A stretch of DNA of 39,751 nt, from the IMG/VR virus record IMGVR_UViG_3300032373_000043, positions 1-39,751 of that record, one strand, 5' to 3'. Origin of the DNA: a virus (taxonomy: Duplodnaviria; Caudoviricetes). This document shows positions 17,859 to 26,130 of this stretch, piece after piece (positions within the stretch are counted from its first letter, which is position 1; each line of letters starts with the position of its first letter). A program made the translations under genes and the position numbers. Under the pieces are notes generated by a model. It did not search any database. It had not been told where the DNA came from and saw only the letters and a list, made by a program, of their open reading frames with translations.

Positions 17859-18098
17859 ATGAAAACGAACTATGGCGATATGACTATCGAACAGCTTGAA
17901 ATTGAGAACCAGAGTCTCATGCAAAAAAAGACGGCGCTTCGTGAGCAACAAAAAAAACTGGCAAAGGTGCTTGATGCTAAGCGGCTGAATGCAAGCTTGG
18001 CAAAAGACGTGAAAAAACTGGAGGAAAAACACAGCGCAAAACTGCAAGTGGTTAATCCTGGCGGAATCGATACTGCTGAAGGTGTCAACGGAGAGTAA
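17859..18098 (+). CDS. Small coiled-coil protein ending in a copy of the fibre repeat motif
   Basis: GGAG RBS, ATG 17859; C-terminus VNPGGIDTAEGVNGE. Confidence 0.7.
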   Translation: MKTNYGDMTIEQLEIENQSLMQKKTALREQQKKLAKVLDAKRLNASLAKDVKKLEEKHSAKLQVVNPGGIDTAEGVNGE

Positions 18099-18100
18099 CA

Positions 18101-19657
18101 GTGGCCACACACACATCCCGCATCCTCGACCAATCCGGCCAGCCGTTTAAGCTCAGAGAAATCGAGGAGCCACAAACAGCCCGGCTTGGCCACCTGCATC
18201 AAGAATTTGCCTCTCACCCGGTGCGCGGACTTACGCCGGGTAGACTCGCTCGCATACTGGAAGAAGCTGAGCAAGGCGACCTGCGTGCGCAGTGTGACTT
18301 GTTCGAAGACATGGAAGAAAAAGACGGACACATTTTTGCCGAGTTGGGCAAGCGCAAGCGCGCCCTGCTGGGGTTGGATTGGGACATCGTGCCGCCACGC
18401 AATGCCAGCAAACAGGAAGAAAAAGACGCCGCCTGGGCCAGAGAGCTGATACAGGATCTGCCCAACTTTGAAGACATCCTGCTGGACATGGGTGACGCTA
18501 TTGGGAAGGGATTCGCCAATCTGGAAATAGAATGGCAACGGACAGGTAGCGAATGGCTGCCCGATATCCAATACCGGCCACCCAGCTGGTTCAAGGTTCA
18601 GCCAAACAACCGTAACGAACTGCGCCTGCGCGACAACACCATGGCAGGCGCAGCCCTGCGACCGTTTAACTGGATCAGCCACATCCACAAAGCCAAAAGT
18701 GGCTACATTACCCGCGCGGGCTTGAGTCGCGTGCTCGCCTGGCCCTTTCTTTTCAAGAATTACAGCGTGCGAGATTTGGCCGAATTCCTGGAAATCTACG
18801 GCCTGCCCCTGCGCTTGGGCACCTATCCGTCCGGTGCATCAGACGATGAAAAAGCGACTCTACTCAGCGCTGTGGTTAACATCGGTCATGCTGCTGCGGG
18901 TATTATTCCCGAAGGGATGATGATCGACTTTAAAGAGTCTGCAAAGGGTAATAAAGACCCCTATGAAGCGATGATGGGCTGGTGCGAACGCACCCAGTCC
19001 AAGGCCATCCTGGGCGGCACACTCACCAGCCAGGCGGACGGCGCTTCTTCCACCAATGCTTTGGGCAACGTTCACAATGAAGTGCGCCACGACCTGATGG
19101 CCGCCGATGCCCGACAGTTTGGCTCCACGCTCACGCGAGACCTGGTGTACCCCGTGCTGGCCCTCAACCGCACCGGCATTACCAGCCTGCGCCGCTGCCC
19201 GCGCTTTGTGTTTGACACACAAGAGCCAGAAGACATGGCATTGATCGCGGATGCCGTGCCCAAGCTGGTGGATGTGGGCATGCGCATTCCTGTCGAGTGG
19301 GTACACGAAAAACTGCGCATTCCCGAAGCCGAGGACGACGACGAAGTGCTGAGCCGTGCCGCACCAATTCCCGCAGTCTTGAAATCCGGCCTGGCTGCAT
19401 TGAAGGCGCATACTGATAAAGGCGACGTGGCTGATGCTTACACTGCCCAGCTGGATGCCTCCACCCAGGCGGCCCTGGCTGGGTTGATCGACCCGGTGGC
19501 CGAGCTGGTGATGGAGGCCAACAGCCTGGAAGACATCCGCGATGGCATCGTCGCGCTCAGCGCCCAGCTGGACGAATCCACCCTGGCCACGCAAATGCAG
19601 TTAGCGTTTGCCGCTGTCGATTTGGCTGGCCGTTTTGAGGTACAAAATGGCCAGTAA
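18101..19657 (+). CDS. Portal protein (Mu gp29/DUF935)
   Basis: GLTPGRLARIL...LFEDMEEKDGHIFAELGKRKRA...FLEIYGLPLRLG...ALGNVHNEVRHDL. Confidence 0.95.
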   Translation: MATHTSRILDQSGQPFKLREIEEPQTARLGHLHQEFASHPVRGLTPGRLARILEEAEQGDLRAQCDLFEDMEEKDGHIFAELGKRKRALLGLDWDIVPPRNASKQEEKDAAWARELIQDLPNFEDILLDMGDAIGKGFANLEIEWQRTGSEWLPDIQYRPPSWFKVQPNNRNELRLRDNTMAGAALRPFNWISHIHKAKSGYITRAGLSRVLAWPFLFKNYSVRDLAEFLEIYGLPLRLGTYPSGASDDEKATLLSAVVNIGHAAAGIIPEGMMIDFKESAKGNKDPYEAMMGWCERTQSKAILGGTLTSQADGASSTNALGNVHNEVRHDLMAADARQFGSTLTRDLVYPVLALNRTGITSLRRCPRFVFDTQEPEDMALIADAVPKLVDVGMRIPVEWVHEKLRIPEAEDDDEVLSRAAPIPAVLKSGLAALKAHTDKGDVADAYTAQLDASTQAALAGLIDPVAELVMEANSLEDIRDGIVALSAQLDESTLATQMQLAFAAVDLAGRFEVQNGQ

Positions 19658-19659
19658 GC

Positions 19660-19785
19660 AAAAGCCGCCTGAGAAACGCTGTAAGCCGCGCAGCGGGAAA
19701 ATGGCTACGCTGACACGAACCAAAATCATTTAAACGTTTACGCAGAGATTTAAATGGGGTTTGTGCCGATTCGGCATGGGGTGGG
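19660..19785. other. Candidate strong gyrase site near the prophage midpoint
   Basis: Non-coding, helically phased alternation of AT and GC blocks (ATTTAAACG, TTTACGCAG, ATTTAAATGGG, GTTTGTGCCG), about 100-200 bp from the midpoint 19879. Confidence 0.5.
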
Positions 19786-19816
19786 ACAGGCAATTCAAAC
19801 AAAAAAGGAAAAATCG

Positions 19817-20281
19817 ATGAAATGGATGGTAATGACTATTTTCGCGTTGATTTCTGTAGCCATTCAGGCCGCCGAAATTTATGGACCCTATCGCGCCGAC
19901 CTGGTGCGGGTCGTTGACGGCGACACAGTAGTGTTAAATATCAATATCTGGCCTGGCCTGATACAGCGCGCCCGCATCCGGTTGGCTGGCATTAATGCCC
20001 CGGAGACTCGTGGGAATTATTCAGAATGTGAAAAAACAGCTGGCAAAAAAGCAACCAAATTCGTGAACGAATGGTTTACTGCTCATCCTCAGTTTGTTGT
20101 TACGCAGCTCAAGAAAGGGAAATTTACGCCGGTTGCCAGAATTGTGTCTGGTGCTGATGATTTATCAGCCGACATGCTGAAAGCCGGGCACGCTGTACCT
20201 TATTCAGGTAAAGGAAAGAGATATTCCTGGTGTCTTAATAATGGTAATGATCGAAGAATAGATCATCAACGACATGCCTGA
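19817..20281 (+). CDS. Exported thermonuclease (SNase) family protein
   Basis: Signal peptide MKWMVMTIFALISVAIQA; VRVVDGDTV, IRLAGINAPE, MLKAGHA. Confidence 0.85.
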   Translation: MKWMVMTIFALISVAIQAAEIYGPYRADLVRVVDGDTVVLNINIWPGLIQRARIRLAGINAPETRGNYSECEKTAGKKATKFVNEWFTAHPQFVVTQLKKGKFTPVARIVSGADDLSADMLKAGHAVPYSGKGKRYSWCLNNGNDRRIDHQRHA

Positions 20282-21485
20282 GCAATACCAAAAACTCCCC
20301 TTCCAGGAAGCCATCGACTTTTTCCGCCAGAAAATCAATCTGCCCACTGAGCAGTGGACAGATATCTGGGAAGGCATGCATGCCCGTGCCTTTGTGGTAG
20401 CCGGGGCCATGAAGCAGGATCTGCTAACCGACTTCAGGTCTGCTATTGATAAGGCCATCGCAGATGGCGTGACCCTCAAAGATTTCCAAAAAGACTTCGA
20501 CAGCATCGTACAAAAACACGGCTGGGCCTATAAAGGTGGGCGTGGTTGGCGTTCGCGGGTGATCTACAATACCAATGTGCGTCAGGCGTATAACGCAGGG
20601 CGTGAATTACAGATGGTAGACCCCGCCCTGCGCGCATCCCGGCCTTATGGTCTGTATCGTCATGGAGACTCTGCCACACCTCGGCCGCTGCACCTGAGTT
20701 GGGATGATTTGGTGTTGCCCCTGGGCCATCCCTGGTGGCAAACCCACACGCCCATGAATGGCTGGGGCTGTTCGTGCAAGAAATTTTCTATCAGTGCAGA
20801 AGAAGCCCGGCTGCGCGGTCTCACCGTGTCATCATCACCCCCCGGTGACGGCAACTACAAATGGGTAGATAAAGTCACTGGCGAGCAGCACACCATCCCC
20901 AGCGGTGTCGATCCGGGCTTTGCCTACAATGTGGGTGATGCCGCCTGGGGCAGACAACTCAGCGAACAAACCATGTCCACCTGGAAGTCCTCCGGGGAGA
21001 AAACATGGCTGCCGCTAACCCCTGGTAACTGGAAAACTGCCAGTCGCCCTGATCGTATCCCCCTGGAGGCACCTGTCGCCACGCTGGGGCATCGTGCCAA
21101 ATCCGTCGAGGAAGTGCAGGCCACACTGGAAGCCACACTAGGCGGGCCGGAAAAAGTTTACACCGTTGCCGGGCAACCCCTACTGGTTAATGCACAAAGC
21201 CTGGCGCAACACATTGATATCAACCGCGCCGAGCTTATACCCCTGATTAATGAGGCATTAAACGACCCGTTTGAAGTGTGGTTAAGTTTTGAAGAACACC
21301 AGGCTACCGGCAAAGTGGTGCTGCGTCAGCGTATCATCAAAGCTGTGGACATTGGCAAAGGCAAGGGAATGCTGGTGGTCGCCAATGCCGTCAAAGGCAT
21401 GATGGAGGCCTGGACATTTATCCCTATTTCCAAAACGCGAGAACTGAACAAACGGCGACGCGGGCAGTTGATGTACGGAAGATAG
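20274..21485 (+). CDS. MuF/gp30 head morphogenesis protein with C-terminal nuclease-like (PBECR-type) extension
   Basis: LPFQEAIDFFRQK, HARAFVVAGA, HPWWQTHTPMNGWGCSC, GVDPGFAYNVG; extension LNDPFEVW...RIIK...AWTFIP...RRRGQLMYGR. Confidence 0.88.
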   Translation: MPEQYQKLPFQEAIDFFRQKINLPTEQWTDIWEGMHARAFVVAGAMKQDLLTDFRSAIDKAIADGVTLKDFQKDFDSIVQKHGWAYKGGRGWRSRVIYNTNVRQAYNAGRELQMVDPALRASRPYGLYRHGDSATPRPLHLSWDDLVLPLGHPWWQTHTPMNGWGCSCKKFSISAEEARLRGLTVSSSPPGDGNYKWVDKVTGEQHTIPSGVDPGFAYNVGDAAWGRQLSEQTMSTWKSSGEKTWLPLTPGNWKTASRPDRIPLEAPVATLGHRAKSVEEVQATLEATLGGPEKVYTVAGQPLLVNAQSLAQHIDINRAELIPLINEALNDPFEVWLSFEEHQATGKVVLRQRIIKAVDIGKGKGMLVVANAVKGMMEAWTFIPISKTRELNKRRRGQLMYGR

Positions 21486-21590
21486 AAAGGAATGGGGCCA
21501 TTGACTCCCACGGCAGAGCCCGGCGGATGATCGGCTCAAACGGGGCGCGGCCCTCACTGGATCACCAGAACCAATAATATAGGTAAAGCC

Positions 21591-22151
21591 ATGAGTAACG
21601 TCAATATCGACATGACCTACGATGACAGCGAAGTGCAAAAGCTGTTTGCTCAAATGCTGGCCAGAGGACGGAACACCGAAACGGCAATGAAGGACATCGG
21701 TGAGGCTATGCTGATCTCCACTGATAAGCGATTTCGTAATCAGGTAGATCCGCAAGGCCAGTCCTGGACCCCCCTCAGGCCACGCACCCTTAAGCGTAAA
21801 CGCAACAAAAAGACCCTCACCGAACGTGGCTATCTGCGCGGCAGCATTGCCTATGATGCCAGCAAAGATCGAGTGGCCTGGGGCACCAACTCACCCTATG
21901 GCGCGATCCACCAGCACGGTGGTGAGATCAAAAAAAAAACCCGCAACCAAACCCTGGCGTTCAACAAGCGCGGTCGATTTCTGAGCCGTGCTGGCGCTGA
22001 TCGTCGCAAGCGTGGAGCCATCGGCGTGGCCTTTACCAGCATTGGAGCTCATATCGTGAATATTCCCGCCCGGCCTTATTTGGGGGTTTCCAGGCAGGAC
22101 CGTGCAATAATATTGCAGATATTACGGCGTCATATAAGGGCTGCGCGCTAG
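21591..22151 (+). CDS. Virion morphogenesis protein (Mu gpG/gp31)
   Basis: RFRNQVDPQGQSWTPL, GTNSPYGAIHQHGG, IPARPYLG. Confidence 0.93.
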   Translation: MSNVNIDMTYDDSEVQKLFAQMLARGRNTETAMKDIGEAMLISTDKRFRNQVDPQGQSWTPLRPRTLKRKRNKKTLTERGYLRGSIAYDASKDRVAWGTNSPYGAIHQHGGEIKKKTRNQTLAFNKRGRFLSRAGADRRKRGAIGVAFTSIGAHIVNIPARPYLGVSRQDRAIILQILRRHIRAAR

Positions 22152-22559
22152 GACCACAAAAGCAATAAGAAAGTTCTTACAACACTTCTCAAGGTTAATA
22201 TAACAATTTGTAAGAAACGAGCTATTGATCTAAGAGCAAATAGGTATAGAATCTGTATTGACAGCGGGTTTATTAATACCTTGATGGCCCGTTTGATGTA
22301 TGATTGAATGTTTCATGTTTCGCTCTATGATGGCATTCAGTCGTCAAAATTTTTTTTGGATTTTCTTTAAAATTAGTCGATATAGCAAGTGACGGGCAGT
22401 TTTGGTTGCACGAGGTCAATACCTCAATGATAACTGAAACCCGAACTGCCTCGAATTATCTTAACTTTAACACAATTTATATTTTTATTGGTCATATTAC
22501 GGACAAGAAGCCTAGTTAGTATAAACCGTTTCGGTAAATGCTCAGAGGTAAGGTGTAAA

Positions 22560-23096
22560 ATGGATACGTTTGAAGAACGTGTAGAGAAGTATAGGAAACA
22601 GGAAAGCGAAACTCTTATCGATAACGCAGCTTGGGATCATGCGCAATTGCTATTCAAGAATTTATTGGAAGTGGCTGCTGAAAAAGGTGAACCTGTTCGT
22701 ATTATTACAGGCCACATGAATAACAAATTCTACAGTTCCTTAGTTAAAGAATTGCAAGATTGTTTAGACAAAGGTATTTCAGTGGAGGCAATCATTACAG
22801 ATGCCCCAAACATTGATCTTTCCACTAATCAATTTGCACGCATATTGAAAGAAAAAGGTGCTTTGATCCTTGCTCAGAAAGGGGAAAGTATTGTTGCGCC
22901 GCATATGCTTCTGATTGGAGACAAAGCACAACGATTCAGGCTGGAAGTTGATCATCAGCAAACTAAAGCCGTTGCCAGTTTTGGAAATAAGAGCATGGGT
23001 GCAATGCTGATTTCAGTTTATAAAAATGCAAAAAGGGAATTGCTCGCCTTACACTCAGTAACACAAAAAAATAAAGAAAAACTTGCAACAGTATAG
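22560..23096 (+). CDS. Accessory protein, possible PLD-like fold
   Basis: RBS before ATG 22560; HAQLLFKNLL...VRIITG...PHMLLIGD...RFRLE...AVASFG; AT-rich. Confidence 0.6.
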   Translation: MDTFEERVEKYRKQESETLIDNAAWDHAQLLFKNLLEVAAEKGEPVRIITGHMNNKFYSSLVKELQDCLDKGISVEAIITDAPNIDLSTNQFARILKEKGALILAQKGESIVAPHMLLIGDKAQRFRLEVDHQQTKAVASFGNKSMGAMLISVYKNAKRELLALHSVTQKNKEKLATV

Positions 23097-23252
23097 TTTT
23101 TCGATGCGCTGCAACTTTGGAAATAAGAGCATGGGTGCAGTGCTGGTCTCAGTTTATAAAAATGCAAAAAAAGAATTGCTCGTCTTACACACAGCAACAC
23201 AAAAAAAATAAAGAAAAACTTGCAATAGTATAGTTTTTCGATGCACTGCAAC
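22980..23252 (+). repeat. Imperfect tandem duplication of ~136 bp
   Basis: 22980-23115 vs 23116-23252, about 10 substitutions and one indel. Confidence 0.92.
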
Positions 23253-23272
23253 AGGGAGAGGGCTTGGGGGGA

Positions 23273-23761
23273 ATGGAGTATTTAAATGGGATGTTAATCA
23301 TCGCATCGGCGTTTAGTGTTTTCGGACAATACATTGATACAGGCCATCGCCATGAAATCCAATGCCTTAAGGATTCTTTGGAAAAACTGGATTTTGATGA
23401 CCCAGATGGCGATGATGGTTTGAATGAGTGTAAGGTGGAGTGGGATCGGTTACGCATTATCGAACCACTGAGAACACAGTTTTTAATTGGAGTGCTAGCT
23501 GCATACCTCGTGAGCTTGGTTATTTATTTCACCGCATACCATCTCGGCATTCTTTTTTTCTCGTGGCCAGTAGAAAAATCAGCCTATATAAATAATTTAG
23601 CAACGGCTTCGGCTGGTGTAATTCTCGTGCTAATCTCAATTAGCATGTTTGTTCGCGTCTACAAAATGGCATCTCAAAAGAAAAAATTCAAAGACAAATG
23701 CAAATCATTATCCGTAATGCTGAAAGTTATTCGCAAATCAATACACTCTCGAAAAAAATGA
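23273..23761 (+). CDS. Accessory membrane protein (2-3 TM)
   Basis: Hydrophobic segments, acidic loop and basic C-terminus; AT-rich. Confidence 0.7.
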   Translation: MEYLNGMLIIASAFSVFGQYIDTGHRHEIQCLKDSLEKLDFDDPDGDDGLNECKVEWDRLRIIEPLRTQFLIGVLAAYLVSLVIYFTAYHLGILFFSWPVEKSAYINNLATASAGVILVLISISMFVRVYKMASQKKKFKDKCKSLSVMLKVIRKSIHSRKK

Positions 23762-23813
23762 TAGAGCAGGATAAAAAAGTAGGAAAACCCCAGTCTGGCT
23801 AGAGGTCCGGAAT

Positions 23814-23943
23814 CTGGCCGCCGCAAGCGTGGAACCATTGGCGCGGCCTTTACCAGCATTGGAGCCCACACCGTGAATATTTCTGCCCGGCCGTACTTGG
23901 AGATTTCCAGGAAAGACCGGGCAATTATTCTGCGGCGGCATCT
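23814..23943 (+). pseudogene. Second, diverged copy of the 3' end of gpG
   Basis: Aligns to 21997-22133 (CGCAAGCGTGGA...GGCCTTTACCAGCATTGGAGC...GCCCGGCC...TTTCCAGG). Confidence 0.88.
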
Positions 23944-24398
23944 GAGCCAAGGATAACAGCGGTTCCGCTGGCCACGACAAACAGCATTGACTTTCCTTTG
24001 CCGGATATCTCACTGTAATCTAAGTCTACTGCAATCACCGCATTGGCTCCTGCCTCGTGAGCCTCTCTTTTTAGTTGGTCGAGCACAGTTATGCGGGCGC
24101 CTCGCAATACCTTTTGTGTTGCCACGCTGCTACCGCCAACAACATCTGTCACGCTGGCGAAAAAGTCTCGAAAAACATTCATACCAAAAACAGCCTCTGC
24201 AGTAATGATTTCCAAACGTTTTTCAATAGGCAGGCTTATACTCATCTCGGTAGTGAGCATAATTTTTTTGTGTGGAGCTGGTTGTGCTTTAGGCGCTGGC
24301 TCACGGACTATCTTCGGGTTGGTTTTGCATCCGTAACAAATGCCCTCGTCTTCTTCTGTTGGAATTAACCCCAATTCACACACGCGGCAATTAGCCAT
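23925..24398 (-). CDS. YbjQ/UPF0145-family protein with N-terminal zinc ribbon
   Basis: GMNVFRDFFASVTDVVGG...GANAVIAVDLDY...MLFVVASGTAV; CRVC...CYGC. Confidence 0.88.
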   Translation of the reverse strand: MANCRVCELGLIPTEEDEGICYGCKTNPKIVREPAPKAQPAPHKKIMLTTEMSISLPIEKRLEIITAEAVFGMNVFRDFFASVTDVVGGSSVATQKVLRGARITVLDQLKREAHEAGANAVIAVDLDYSEISGKGKSMLFVVASGTAVILGSDAAAE

Positions 24399-24474
24399 TT
24401 AATTTTCCCTCTGGATGATTAACTTGTTACAGTTACGATTGATAACGTAAAAAAGCATACCCTATCCAGAACGC

Positions 24475-24531
24475 CCCCGGAACCCGTTCCCCCGCAACAT
24501 TCCAATCCTGTACCGCTAATCTGGCGGCATG
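24475..24531 (+). promoter_or_regulatory. Late promoter for the head/tail operon
   Basis: CCCCGGAACccGTTCCCCCG, TAATCT, 6 nt, ATG 24529; GGAAC-to-ATG distance is 50 nt, as at 10246/10296. Confidence 0.8.
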
Positions 24532-25626
24532 TACGGAACCCCCAAAGCAAAACCACCCGCTCAAAAAACAACCGACTTGATCGGTTTCGCCGCTTGTGCG
24601 ATTAGCGTCAAAACCGCGAGCACGACAGTACAGCTATTTCCCGCTGGGTATTTCCGTGCCCGCGACGGCCGACCGCATGAAGTCAACGACTGGTACATTG
24701 ATGCCGCCATCGCACAACGGTTAATCACTGCAGCTGCCAATCGTGGCACGCCGTACATGCTGGACTATGAGCACCAAACACTGCTCTCCGAAGAGAACGG
24801 ACAGCCAGCGCCACGCTCCGGCAAATTCACTCAACTGGAATGGCGTGAGGGCGATGGTCTCTACGCCACTGACGTGGCGTGGACGAACCGCGCCAAAGCA
24901 TATATCGAAAACGATGAATACGAATTTATCTCGCCAGTGTTTTCTTATGACAAGCGCACCGGTGCTGTCCTCGAACTGCGTCATGGCGCACTGACCAACG
25001 ACCCCGCCCTGGATGGCATGAAGGGCGTCGCTGAGCTGGTGGCCGCTCGATGCCGCATGAACTCTGACCAACCCATGGAGAATAATCCAATGAAGAAAGA
25101 ACTGCTCAAACTGCTTGGCCTGCCAGATGACACAGATGAAGATGCCGCTATGGCAGCCTTGACAACGTTGACCGCTGACATAACAGGCATGCGCAAAGCA
25201 CTAAACATTACGGAAGACGTTGATGCCGTTGCAGCCATTGCTGCACTAAAAACCAACACCAATAACAAACCTGACCCGGCAAAATTTGTGCCGGTAGATG
25301 TCGTGCAACAGCTGCAGACCCAAGTGGCGGCATTAACGACCCAGATCAACGACAACACAGTGGATGATCTGGTGGAAGTCGCGCTGAGTGAAGGCAAGTT
25401 AATGCCTGTCCAGGAAACGTGGGCCCGTGACCTAGGCAGCTCTGATATTGCTGCGTTGAAAACGTATCTGGAATCGGCACAACCCATCGCAGCATTAAAA
25501 GGCAAGCAAACCAAAGGAGAGCCAAAAGACGCCGGTGGTGCTGCCGAATTGAGCGAAACCGACTTGGCTGTTTGTAAGCAGATGGGCATCAGCCCGGACG
25601 ATTACAAAAAAACACTGTCTGCCTAA
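24529..25626 (+). CDS. Head protease I with in-frame scaffold Z (internal start about 25090)
   Basis: VQLFPAGYFRARDGRP, LDYEHQTL, YEFISPVF, ALTNDPALDGM; GGAG RBS before in-frame ATG 25090. Confidence 0.93.
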   Translation: MYGTPKAKPPAQKTTDLIGFAACAISVKTASTTVQLFPAGYFRARDGRPHEVNDWYIDAAIAQRLITAAANRGTPYMLDYEHQTLLSEENGQPAPRSGKFTQLEWREGDGLYATDVAWTNRAKAYIENDEYEFISPVFSYDKRTGAVLELRHGALTNDPALDGMKGVAELVAARCRMNSDQPMENNPMKKELLKLLGLPDDTDEDAAMAALTTLTADITGMRKALNITEDVDAVAAIAALKTNTNNKPDPAKFVPVDVVQQLQTQVAALTTQINDNTVDDLVEVALSEGKLMPVQETWARDLGSSDIAALKTYLESAQPIAALKGKQTKGEPKDAGGAAELSETDLAVCKQMGISPDDYKKTLSA

Positions 25627-25668
25627 TCGCGGTTCATTCAACCCAACAAAGATAACAAGGAGTACAAC

Positions 25669-26070
25669 ATGGCACTCAGTGAAGATCGAAGCACACATAT
25701 GCAGGACGGCGAACTGATCCCGGTTCCTGTTGCGGCTAATGCCGTTTGCTATGCCGGTGGTTTAGCTGCGGCAAATGCCACAGGTTATGCCGCACCAGGC
25801 GCGGTGGCCACCACGCTGACCTATCTCGGCCGATTTGAAGAAAAGGTGGATAACACCGGAGGCGCAGATGGTGCTGTTAGCGTGCTGGTACGCCGCAAGA
25901 AAGCGTTCAAGTTTAAGAACTCAAGTGGTGATGCCGTCGCCCAGGCCAGTTTCGGTAAAGTCTGTTACATCGAGGATGATGAGACCGTATCCGCGACCAA
26001 CGGCACGGGTACGCGCTCGGCAGCAGGTATTGTGATCGGCATCGATAACGATGGTGTGTGGGTCGAATAA
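25669..26070 (+). CDS. Head decoration/cement protein
   Basis: PVAANAVCYAGG...CYIEDDETVS...GVWVE; lies between protease and capsid. Confidence 0.78.
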   Translation: MALSEDRSTHMQDGELIPVPVAANAVCYAGGLAAANATGYAAPGAVATTLTYLGRFEEKVDNTGGADGAVSVLVRRKKAFKFKNSSGDAVAQASFGKVCYIEDDETVSATNGTGTRSAAGIVIGIDNDGVWVE

Positions 26071-26130
26071 GCGCACACCATCGTGTGTTAACACGTTTTA
26101 ATTATTCATTACTGATACGGAGAAAGTGCC

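Noticed and set aside
17870-19594. Minus-strand ORFs of 272 and 244 aa
   Set aside because: Antisense shadows of the GC-rich portal gene
22980-23252. Diversity-generating retroelement TR/VR pair
   Set aside because: Mismatches are not adenine-specific (C/T changes in both directions, A/G both ways) and no reverse transcriptase is encoded in the window
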